Below the pieces are notes generated by a model. It was given only the letters and a program-made list of their open reading frames with translations, was not told the origin of the DNA and did not search any database. From Candidatus Poseidoniales archaeon (lineage in GTDB: Archaea; Thermoplasmatota; Poseidoniia; Poseidoniales; Thalassarchaeaceae), in the NCBI GenBank assembly GCA_028283505.1, contig JAPOFX010000005.1, forward strand, positions 1,869-65,868: a stretch of 64,000 nucleotides of DNA, read 5' to 3'. Positions 18,583 through 27,271 of the stretch are shown here, piece after piece. The translations under genes and the position numbers were made by a program. The stretch's first letter is position 1, and each line of letters opens with the position of its first letter.

Positions 18583-18906
18583 TCACTCCTTTTTCGGTCT
18601 CCTGACATGAATGCCAAAGAATTCTTGCTTGCCCGAATGAGGATCAAAGGCAGTGTTACCAAGAGTTTTGGCTTGTTCGGGAGTCATGCATTTCAGATCC
18701 AGTGCATGGACAGTATTGTCCTGGATGAATTTCTTGAAGTGTTTCAGTACTGGCATCTGTCTCTGTAGGGGCCTCATTCCTATGAAGTCCTCTGAGATAA
18801 TCCTGACATGGAAGTGATCACCAGATCCATGTAAATCGGTAGCTTCAACAGAGGCGTTTGGTAGAACTTTCCTAACTTCTGTAGCGACCCAATCTTCTGA
18901 GACCAT
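18583..18906 (-). CDS. bolA: BolA family protein
   Basis: GDHF.V.IISEDF.G...LQR, VHAL.LK. Confidence 0.9.
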   Translation of the reverse strand: MVSEDWVATEVRKVLPNASVEATDLHGSGDHFHVRIISEDFIGMRPLQRQMPVLKHFKKFIQDNTVHALDLKCMTPEQAKTLGNTAFDPHSGKQEFFGIHVRRPKKE

Positions 18907-18945
18907 AATCTTGGATGGGGGGGTGTAATTTCAATGCGTTGATTA

Positions 18946-19626
18946 TTAGCCCTCTAGGGCCTTATTTATCTTGTCTAAATTCTGGGAGATTGAGCCTTTA
19001 TCATTAATCAGTCCACTGCCAACTACCGCGATGTCTATTCCCCAATCCCTTACAAGGGAGGCATTATGATGTTTTATTCCTCCATCGATCATCAAGATTG
19101 GTGTTTTTCCACCCTCCTTCTCTTGCTCATCGATTGCTGATCTAATTTCTCTGACCTTGTCCTCCACCTGTGCCATGAATGATTGACCGCCTTTTCCGGG
19201 CACAACGGACATTACCAGGACCAAATCCAGCTCTGGTAACAGGGGCATGACCTCAGAAGCAGGCGTATCTGGATTTAGTACACATCCTACTTGGGTCCCT
19301 GTACTGTGGATTTTCTTAATTAAGCCCGGGAAATCGTCCACTGCTTCGATATGCGCGATGACCATGTCAACTCCAGCTTCAACATACTGATTCCAAGTCT
19401 CCTCTGCATTGGTTACCATCAGATGACAATCGATGAAGACATTCTCCCCAAGTTTTTCTCTCACTGATCTAATTAAGGCTGGTCCGAATGTAATTGTCTT
19501 GTTTACAACCCAGTTTCCGTCCATTACATCCATGTGAATCCAATTTATACCTGCTTCAACGGCATTTTCAAGTATTTCACCGAGATTGCATAAGTCCGCA
19601 GTTAAGATACTGGGCGTGACTTCCAT
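18946..19626 (-). CDS. rpe: Ribulose-phosphate 3-epimerase
   Basis: PSIL.AD, HMDVMDG, DCHLMV, NP.TP, MSV.PG.GGQ.F, DGGI. Confidence 0.95.
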   Translation of the reverse strand: MEVTPSILTADLCNLGEILENAVEAGINWIHMDVMDGNWVVNKTITFGPALIRSVREKLGENVFIDCHLMVTNAEETWNQYVEAGVDMVIAHIEAVDDFPGLIKKIHSTGTQVGCVLNPDTPASEVMPLLPELDLVLVMSVVPGKGGQSFMAQVEDKVREIRSAIDEQEKEGGKTPILMIDGGIKHHNASLVRDWGIDIAVVGSGLINDKGSISQNLDKINKALEG

Positions 19627-19732
19627 GTCGCTCTAGACGCTGGGACGAGTTCTAGGTTCTCAATCCCTTGTATCAAAAGATTTGAGACACAGGTTGATAC
19701 GAGGAGTCCCTCTCAGGTGTACAGGTGCACGT

Positions 19733-20050
19733 ATGGGACAAGTGATAGATACTACTGATTCAGATTTTGACGTGGTAACAAAAAACGGTGATTGGGTGTT
19801 AGTGGATTTCTGGGCTCCTTGGTGTGGACCCTGCAAAATGATTGCTCCAGTTCTAAATCAAATTGCGACCGAGAGAGACATAACAATCGCCAAAGTGAAC
19901 ACTGATGTCAATCCACTAAGTCCGGGAAGATTTGGTGTTAGAGGGATTCCGGCTCTCATCCTATTCAATAATGGTGTAGTTGTTGACAGAATGACTGGCG
20001 CTATGCCGAAAGCAGGAATGGATTCATGGCTCGACAGGCACATGTCCTAA
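19733..20050 (+). CDS. trxA: Thioredoxin
   Basis: VDFWAPWCGPCK, GIP.L. ATG at 19733. Confidence 0.95.
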   Translation: MGQVIDTTDSDFDVVTKNGDWVLVDFWAPWCGPCKMIAPVLNQIATERDITIAKVNTDVNPLSPGRFGVRGIPALILFNNGVVVDRMTGAMPKAGMDSWLDRHMS

Positions 20051-21591
20051 ACTTCGAGTGCGTCCTTCAACCTGCGTAATCTTTCTTCAAGAGGCCTCCC
20101 GACATCTCTCAGAAGCCTTGTTCTTATTGCCTCATGTAACCACATGCCATTACCTAGTTCCAACATTAGACCCCTGTCAATCAATTCCTCTGGGGGTGGA
20201 CCGTCATGTTCAGCTGCTTTAGCGAGAACATCCCAAGGGACTGGTCTATCCGCGACTGACAGAATTGACAGGATCTCCCTACTTTCGGCGGGTAGGACAT
20301 CCAATATCTCTTGATCCAAGAAGCGCATCCAGTCATCATGGACAGTTCTTCCATAAAGTTCCAAGAGTTCGACTGCTAGTGGATGGCCTCCTGTTATGCT
20401 GTGGATTTCATCTGCACCAGTTTCCTCGGGCAGGTCTATTGAGGAAACCCAGTCCTCCACCTCTTGAATTGATAATCCTGAAAGATCTAGTTCTCGCACT
20501 CTATTTCTGGTGTGGACATCTCTGGTATCGTAGAATGCCAATTTGGTTCTTGAGATCAAAATCAACCTGATTGAGGTGGTTTCTGCGACCTGAAGTAGAG
20601 CCCCAAACAGGTGGCTTCCCTCTGGACCTATATTGTGGACATCGTCTAATACCACCAATAGTTCAGGAAAGTTTTCTGTTACAAGGTCTGACTCATCGAT
20701 AAGATGGGCGCATAATCTTCTCCTGTATGAGTCAATATCGATTCTAGCACCAGGTTTCAGTGGCAAAGTCTCCAGTATCTTGTAAGGGTCCTGTTTGCCG
20801 TCTTCAACCCCTATGCCTAATCTATGTAGTAGGCTTGTTGCAATGCCCAGAGAGGTATCCCAGGGCTGACAAGGGTAGTACATTACTTGACTATCTGGAT
20901 TCTTTGAAATAACATCATTGAGCCAGTGAGACGTAAGAGTTGTTTTTCCGCAGCCAGCAATTCCTGATATCACGAACATGGGAACTTCGGAGGAATGCCA
21001 TGAATCGAGCTTGTTCTTCTCCAACAGCCTACCATGTACTGTCCTGGTGGAAGGAGGTAGATTATGGTAAGTTGAGTGCGCTCCAGAAAGTATTGATACT
21101 GTAGCCCTCCTTGATTCCTGGGGAGATACTATTGCTCCAAATCTAATATCTCCAAAATTCAACACGCCCTCATGCTGGGCATGCATCAGAACCTGTAGAA
21201 GGGACAGGTTTGTCTCAAGTTTCTCTGCCGCCTCATCGGCTCTGATTTCCAATAGCTTCCCATCTCTTCCCCTTAGTAGGACCATATTAGCTCTCAGATT
21301 CAAAATTCTTGATCTGGCAACAGATCTACCATCGTCGGTAAGTTGCCATGTCTTCTGACGGCGATCTTCCCCTCTGATTGTACGCATGTGCTCAGAAACC
21401 AATCCATCTGACATTAGGTCCCTCATGGCTCGTGATACATTTGGAGGATGCATAGCACAAACCTCGGAAATTCCAGGCCGTGTTACATCATTGGAGACAA
21501 GATAGTGGTCAGCCTGATGGTCCTGTTCCCATAAGTGAAGCAATATTCTGTCGATAACGGGGACATTTACGCGCGGAATCCCCTCTGTCAT
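20047..21591 (-). CDS. Winged-helix + STAND-type P-loop NTPase regulator
   Basis: N-terminal HTH (T.PGI...NVSR.M..L...GLV), GR..E before Walker A GIAGCGKTT, Walker B LVVLDDVH, TGGHPLA, final LHE.IR. Confidence 0.8.
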   Translation of the reverse strand: MTEGIPRVNVPVIDRILLHLWEQDHQADHYLVSNDVTRPGISEVCAMHPPNVSRAMRDLMSDGLVSEHMRTIRGEDRRQKTWQLTDDGRSVARSRILNLRANMVLLRGRDGKLLEIRADEAAEKLETNLSLLQVLMHAQHEGVLNFGDIRFGAIVSPQESRRATVSILSGAHSTYHNLPPSTRTVHGRLLEKNKLDSWHSSEVPMFVISGIAGCGKTTLTSHWLNDVISKNPDSQVMYYPCQPWDTSLGIATSLLHRLGIGVEDGKQDPYKILETLPLKPGARIDIDSYRRRLCAHLIDESDLVTENFPELLVVLDDVHNIGPEGSHLFGALLQVAETTSIRLILISRTKLAFYDTRDVHTRNRVRELDLSGLSIQEVEDWVSSIDLPEETGADEIHSITGGHPLAVELLELYGRTVHDDWMRFLDQEILDVLPAESREILSILSVADRPVPWDVLAKAAEHDGPPPEELIDRGLMLELGNGMWLHEAIRTRLLRDVGRPLEERLRRLKDALEV

Positions 21592-21636
21592 AGCACTTCC
21601 GGGAGCCTCAAACCCATCAAGAGTTCGGGAATATGT

Positions 21637-23457
21637 TTAGGCCATGCATTGAGGGTAAGGGTCTTGCATCGGGGGGAGGAACAGATCCGAACATTGTCTA
21701 TTCACGGACGGAAGATTGAGGACACTCTCGCTGCCCATTGACAGTGTAACTGGCGAGGTTGAGACTGGGCTGGGAACATAATCTTCCCCAGTCTGGGAGA
21801 TAATCAACTGTATGGCATCGCCTTCGGGGACCACGACGTCCATACCGAAAAACTCCATTTTTGCAATAACAGTAGACCCAGGTAACAGGGTGCTTCCTTG
21901 TTTTCCTCCTTCGTGGAATCTAAGATCCATGACTGCATGCCCAAGATGCATCTCTGTACTAGCCTGTACCATCTCCACGAACAGATGTCCACTAGTAGAA
22001 AATTGTGATATTGTCGCTTCGAGATGAATCGTTGGGGTTCCTACTATCCTTGTCTGGGAGTCGAATTCTGGACATTGCACTCTCAAACTGGATGATGAAG
22101 TGATCGTGTCACTTCCGCCCACTATTTGGCATTCGTCCATGGTTAATGATATTGTATCAAGTTGCGGAGGGGGATATGTCTCTTCCACTCTCCAACCGCC
22201 CATATTATCCTGTACTTCCGCGACTAGTCTTGGTTTCGGGCCCTTATTCATCAGGTAGAAATCAAACCACTCGAGCATGTCATCTGCCCAATCCCATCGT
22301 AATGTGTAGGGATACGCTTCTCCACCTCTGCCCGATGAAAGTGACGCATGTCCTGCATCGCCATCTCTGTCTGGGTAATCATGAGCCCATTGTCCATACA
22401 GGCCTTTGACGTCGAAGCCCGCATCTATGGACATTTGATGAGCGGGGAAGGCCATGTGTGGATCGACATTCCAATCCTGCAGACCGTGGATGATGTAGAT
22501 TGATCCGTTATAGATTTCCAATGCTCTACTTAGGAAGTGCCGTTCCTCCCAATAATCTGAGCCAGTCCATGCTAAATTATCCCCTGTCAGGTATGCTGCT
22601 GGACCTGCGTAGTATCCCTCTACATAACCTTCACATGCATTTTCTATATCCCCACTGTCCCCATCCAATCCGAATGAGCCATATACGCCATTGTGCATTA
22701 TTGCGCCTCTGGCCTCCATACTACCATTTCTCCACATCAGGTCATGCACCCCAATTAGTCCTGACATCGGAACTATGGTAGCCAGATAATCCGATCCAGA
22801 TGCAGCTGCGTTCCATGGTGTGCTTCCATCGTATGACTTTCCTATTGCGCCAACTCTACCATTGGACCATGGTTGAGACCCAAGCCAGTCCACAGCGGCT
22901 TTTATTCCGGCCTGTTCATCATGCCCCATTAGGTCCATGCAGTGATTTGATTGGCCAGTTCCAAAGACGGAGACTTGGGCTACGCCGTACCCATGTTGGA
23001 CATAATTCTCGATTAGGAATCTCCCGAGCCTGTTAGCGGGTGTGAGTGCATCAACATCCCCATCATCATAATACGGACCTATCTCAGCAATGACCGGAAC
23101 CTTACATTCTTCTAGAACTTCAAATAAAGTCAAATCACAGCCTTCTTTTTGTGGAAGCCACAATCCGAGATGAACTTCGGCCCCTCCCGTGAAACCTGCT
23201 CCCCCATCGGATGCAGAAATTGAAGGAACTGGCACAAAGATGGATTGTACCTCACCTGTGTCGAACGTGCCATTAATTGAAACCCTACTGAATACGTCAT
23301 CATTTCTGTATTCCATTCCTGATCGTTCCTCGACAGCTGGTAACCAATGTTCATATTGCTGCACACTACCATTTTCGCTGACTGGACCTGAACAGCCAGA
23401 AAGTGTTGGAGAGATGAGTACCAAGATTAGCACAATCGCCGTCTTGCAGCGCACCAT
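21637..23457 (-). CDS. CocE/NonD (peptidase S15) family hydrolase, probable lipoprotein
   Basis: Signal peptide ending in lipobox LSGC. WSNG.VG..GKSYDG nucleophile, HGLQDWNV, GQWAH. Confidence 0.88.
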   Translation of the reverse strand: MVRCKTAIVLILVLISPTLSGCSGPVSENGSVQQYEHWLPAVEERSGMEYRNDDVFSRVSINGTFDTGEVQSIFVPVPSISASDGGAGFTGGAEVHLGLWLPQKEGCDLTLFEVLEECKVPVIAEIGPYYDDGDVDALTPANRLGRFLIENYVQHGYGVAQVSVFGTGQSNHCMDLMGHDEQAGIKAAVDWLGSQPWSNGRVGAIGKSYDGSTPWNAAASGSDYLATIVPMSGLIGVHDLMWRNGSMEARGAIMHNGVYGSFGLDGDSGDIENACEGYVEGYYAGPAAYLTGDNLAWTGSDYWEERHFLSRALEIYNGSIYIIHGLQDWNVDPHMAFPAHQMSIDAGFDVKGLYGQWAHDYPDRDGDAGHASLSSGRGGEAYPYTLRWDWADDMLEWFDFYLMNKGPKPRLVAEVQDNMGGWRVEETYPPPQLDTISLTMDECQIVGGSDTITSSSSLRVQCPEFDSQTRIVGTPTIHLEATISQFSTSGHLFVEMVQASTEMHLGHAVMDLRFHEGGKQGSTLLPGSTVIAKMEFFGMDVVVPEGDAIQLIISQTGEDYVPSPVSTSPVTLSMGSESVLNLPSVNRQCSDLFLPPMQDPYPQCMA

Positions 23458-23536
23458 GAAGTGTCGGAAATGCCTGTACACATGATGGATTCGGTCTATT
23501 GGATGAGTTCAATAGGGTCGGGCTTCGTGAAGTGTC

Positions 23537-24418
23537 ATGAACGAAGTGCGGTTGAAACGACTGCTTTCTCTTCAGAAGATGGAGGCGACCGAGGCTGAAG
23601 TTTATCGGCGACTGGCGAAAATTCAGAGAGATCCAGTAAACAAAGCCATTCTCGAGGGAATAGCACTCGAGGAGGAGAGGCATGAATCGGTCATATCGAA
23701 AATCACCAAACAGAAGGTTAGGGCGAACTGGTTTCAGGTGATTAAACACTTAATACTCGCCAGGGTATTCGGTTTTACTTTCTCCATCATGTTGATGGAA
23801 AAAACCGAGCGGGACATATCATCCGAATACAGAAGTCTGGGACTAGTTGAAATCGCCGAAGAAGAGGAGGGGCATGAAAATGAGATGATCTCAATGCTAG
23901 ATGAGGAGAGGCTCCAATACTCCGGAAGCATAGTGCTGGGAATGTCTGATGCTTTGATTGAGTTGACTGGTGCTCTGGCAGGTCTTACTTTCGCACTCAA
24001 GGATATGGACTTAGTAGCCCTAGCGGGCTTAGTTACTGGGATTGCGGCGGCTTTCAGTATGGGCGCATCGGAATATCTATCATCTAGGGCCGAAAAAAGA
24101 GGGGGTTCGGCGATAAAAGCTGCCTTTTTTACTTGGATATCGTATCTAATTACTGTAATCCTCCTTGTCTCACCTTATCTGGTTCTTGACCCTACTAAAG
24201 AGGGACTGGCTGGCCTTGAGATGTATGAGACATCACTAATCTGCACCTTCGCTATTGGGTTGTCCATCGTGGGGGTTTTCAATTTCTACACATCAGTAGT
24301 TGAGAGGGCCTCATTCAAGTCAAGGTTCATTGAAATGGCTGGGATATTAGGTGTGGTCAGTCTAATCTCATATGGAATAGGCGTTGCATTAGGTATTGCA
24401 TTGGGCGTTGATGCTTAG
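23537..24418 (+). CDS. Ferritin/rubrerythrin-like domain + VIT1/CCC1 metal transporter
   Basis: ExxH pairs (EEERH, EEEGH), then LG.SDAL.E..G..AG and A.SMGASEYLS. Confidence 0.88.
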   Translation: MNEVRLKRLLSLQKMEATEAEVYRRLAKIQRDPVNKAILEGIALEEERHESVISKITKQKVRANWFQVIKHLILARVFGFTFSIMLMEKTERDISSEYRSLGLVEIAEEEEGHENEMISMLDEERLQYSGSIVLGMSDALIELTGALAGLTFALKDMDLVALAGLVTGIAAAFSMGASEYLSSRAEKRGGSAIKAAFFTWISYLITVILLVSPYLVLDPTKEGLAGLEMYETSLICTFAIGLSIVGVFNFYTSVVERASFKSRFIEMAGILGVVSLISYGIGVALGIALGVDA

Positions 24419-24460
24419 AATGATGGCTTAAGTTATGAGCGACCTCCCCTCTCAAGTAAC

Positions 24461-25957
24461 ATGGATGCTTACGATGAGCTTCTGGAGATATTGAAAGAAA
24501 TTGATCTAATGAGTCAGGTCAGGAGCCTTCTTGGTTGGGATCAAGAAGTCTTGATGCCTCCTAATGCTGCTAAATTGAGGGGTGAGCAATTGGCATGGAT
24601 TTCCAGAGAGACGCACAAAAGAAAGACCTCGCCAAGAATTGGCAAGTTACTCGAAGAGTTGGAGGCTAATAGTGAATTAAGTGAAGTTGAGGAAGCTAAC
24701 GTCAGGTTGGCTAGAGAGGCTTACGTCAAAGCCACAAAACTACCCACTGAGTTCGTCTCTGAGATGGCTAGGCATAACTCCAAGGCCGTCATATCCTGGA
24801 CAGAGGCTAGGGAGAAGAATGACTTCTCAATATTCAGGGATGACCTAGCCAAATCGATTGACTTCGCAAGAAAAAAGGCAGATTACTTGGGATATGAAAC
24901 TCTTCGATACGATGCTCTCTTGGATATCTATGAATCCGGATTGTCAGTTGCACGTTTGGACCCATTATTTGATGGTCTCAGAAACGAGGTGGCTCCCCTC
25001 ATAAAGTCCGTAGCCGAAAGAGGAGAAGGTCCTGACATGTCGTGGATTACGGATAATTCATGGAGTCGTGAAGGTCAGGAAAGGCTGAGTCAGAAGGTTT
25101 CAGAGGCAATTGGATTTGACTTCGATTCCGGAAGAAGAGATGCTTCCACCCATCCATTTTGTGGAGGTCCTAATCCTGATGATGTTAGATGGACGACGAG
25201 ATACAATGATAATGATCCATTCGGGTCTCTCTACGGCTCGATGCATGAAACTGGTCATGGAACCTATGAGCAGGGACGACCAAGAAATCTCGACTTCCAA
25301 CCCGCGGGATATGCTAACGGTTTAGGGATTCATGAAAGCCAAAGTAGGCTTTGGGAGAATCAGATAGGTCGCTCATATGAGTTCTGTCAATGGATACTTC
25401 CTCTGTGGAAAGAGGAGTTCCCTGAGAACACCAAGAATTTGGATGCCGAGTTACTCTGGAAGTCTGTCAATCTAATTGAGCCCAGCCTGATTCGTGTTGA
25501 TGCAGATGAAGCCACGTACAATATTCATATTATGATAAGATACGAGATTGAGAAGCTTCTGATTTCTGGAGAGCTGGAGGTGGATGATTTACCTGATAGG
25601 TGGGACGACATGTATGAGCAATACCTTGGTGTCAGAGCAGAAGACAGATCATCTGGCGTCCTACAGGACATTCATTGGTCGATGGGGGCGATCGGTTACT
25701 TCCCTACTTACACCCTGGGTAACTTGTATTCTGCTCAGCTTCTTGAGGCTGCTAGAGAGGACCTTCCGGAACATGATTCACAGATAAGCAGGGGGGAGTT
25801 TTCGCCTCTATTACATTGGATGAGAGAAAAGGTCCATCGAAGAGGGAGTATCCTGAGGCCGGCGGAGTTAATTCAAGAAGCATGTGGAGAACCCCCATCA
25901 CCCGAGGCCTTTGTTGAATACTTGAAGAGAAAGGTGGCTCGTCTCTACGGGGTTTAA
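24461..25957 (+). CDS. Carboxypeptidase M32 (Taq-type)
   Basis: LL.WDQE..MP, HPF, HETGH, HESQSRLWEN, IRVDADE, LQDIHWS.G..GYFPTY.LG. Confidence 0.96.
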   Translation: MDAYDELLEILKEIDLMSQVRSLLGWDQEVLMPPNAAKLRGEQLAWISRETHKRKTSPRIGKLLEELEANSELSEVEEANVRLAREAYVKATKLPTEFVSEMARHNSKAVISWTEAREKNDFSIFRDDLAKSIDFARKKADYLGYETLRYDALLDIYESGLSVARLDPLFDGLRNEVAPLIKSVAERGEGPDMSWITDNSWSREGQERLSQKVSEAIGFDFDSGRRDASTHPFCGGPNPDDVRWTTRYNDNDPFGSLYGSMHETGHGTYEQGRPRNLDFQPAGYANGLGIHESQSRLWENQIGRSYEFCQWILPLWKEEFPENTKNLDAELLWKSVNLIEPSLIRVDADEATYNIHIMIRYEIEKLLISGELEVDDLPDRWDDMYEQYLGVRAEDRSSGVLQDIHWSMGAIGYFPTYTLGNLYSAQLLEAAREDLPEHDSQISRGEFSPLLHWMREKVHRRGSILRPAELIQEACGEPPSPEAFVEYLKRKVARLYGV

Positions 25958-26005
25958 TCCGTCGACCAACGAAAGCACGATATCTCAAGGTCTCCCGGAA
26001 GGTGC

Positions 26006-27172
26006 ATGGTAACGATAGCAGTTGATGCGGCCTCTTCTTTCATTCGTGACCTGGGGTCTCCCTGTACTGCTATCTCTCTAAGGGATGGTTCTATTATAGC
26101 TGGGTCCAAGGAAGGCTCACTAATTTGTTGGCTAGCCTCAACTGGGAAAGAGGTTTGGAGGGTATCCGTTGAAGGGCCCATTTCAGATATTGAAACAAGT
26201 CATGACCGTGTGTTTGTAACGGCCTCGTCTTCGCTCTATGCCATCGATGACTCGGACGGTTCGATCTTTTGGAAGAGAGAGCTGGAGGGTGCTAGTGATT
26301 ACGTTCTATCCGTGGAAGGCTCGATTTGGGCGACTTCGTCGGTGTATGAGATAGAGGTCGGAGATTACACCGAGTCATCAATATGGAGATTTAATCGATC
26401 CGGCGAGTTGGTGAAGCGATGGGTTATTCCAGAGAGATGCTGGTTTATTGGCCCCTCATTCGGGAAAATAATCTTGGGGCTGGGAAGACCTAGGTGTGGA
26501 ATTCTAAGTATCGATGGTGATGATCTGGTTCATTTTGAGATTGGGGATGGAAATCCGATAGTTTGTGGGGATTACACAACACAAGACGGTGGATCGGCAA
26601 TATCCATACTTGGCCATTCCAGTGGCGCGGTATCTTGGGTGGAAGGACATACTGAAGAAGTGAAAGACCAAAATCGGATCGGTTCGCCTTGGCGGGCCCC
26701 CATTATCGAAGAGTCAAGCGCGGCCTGCTGCATTCTGGTTCCAGGCATCGGTTCCGAGTTCATTACAGCATACGAAAACGGGTTTATCAAGAGTAATTAT
26801 GGATGGAGCTATGATGCTCAATCTGCAGTGTCTGCGATGGCAGTTGGGCCCTCTGGCGATGGAGAGACTAGACGGACCTATTGGGCCTGTGCAGGTCGGA
26901 GGGTTCTGGTACTATCAAGTCCAGATACAGCAGGGGATGTTGATAATTCTGAGGCTCCCGGAGGTCAATTGATATTGGAATTGAGGCATGAATGCCGTCT
27001 TGTCGAACCTAACTCAGAAGGAGATACAATAGTCCTCGGGGATGAAAGAGGCAGAATCTACTCGATTAACGGCCAATTCCTCCGCAGAAGGATAGAGGAA
27101 GGGGGCGTAGGGATTAACAGTGACAAAAGGATATCTGTAATGAGAGAGCGATTGAGGAAGCTCCGCGAGTAA
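26006..27172 (+). CDS. PQQ-like beta-propeller repeat protein
   Basis: Repeats such as G.LICW...TGKEVW and LYAID..DG...WK. Confidence 0.7.
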   Translation: MVTIAVDAASSFIRDLGSPCTAISLRDGSIIAGSKEGSLICWLASTGKEVWRVSVEGPISDIETSHDRVFVTASSSLYAIDDSDGSIFWKRELEGASDYVLSVEGSIWATSSVYEIEVGDYTESSIWRFNRSGELVKRWVIPERCWFIGPSFGKIILGLGRPRCGILSIDGDDLVHFEIGDGNPIVCGDYTTQDGGSAISILGHSSGAVSWVEGHTEEVKDQNRIGSPWRAPIIEESSAACCILVPGIGSEFITAYENGFIKSNYGWSYDAQSAVSAMAVGPSGDGETRRTYWACAGRRVLVLSSPDTAGDVDNSEAPGGQLILELRHECRLVEPNSEGDTIVLGDERGRIYSINGQFLRRRIEEGGVGINSDKRISVMRERLRKLRE

Positions 27173-27176
27173 AAAA

Positions 27177-27220
27177 TTACAGTGGAAATTAACATTTACA
27201 GACCCTCATTTCCACTGTAA
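27177..27220. repeat. Perfect 13-bp inverted repeat resembling archaeal origin recognition boxes
   Basis: TTACAGTGGAAAT (27177-27189) and ATTTCCACTGTAA (27208-27220), 18-bp spacer. The repeat is certain; the ORB identity is inferred. Confidence 0.6.
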
Positions 27221-27233
27221 ACGTGATACTAAG

Positions 27234-27248
27234 CGAAAGGTTTATTTG
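27234..27248 (+). promoter_or_regulatory. Archaeal promoter (BRE + TATA) for candidate ncRNA
   Basis: CGAAAGG followed by TTTATTTG. A TGC initiator-like site at 27271-27273 lies at the expected distance. Confidence 0.7.
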
Positions 27249-27271
27249 CCGTCGCTTGTCCTGTTGACTCT

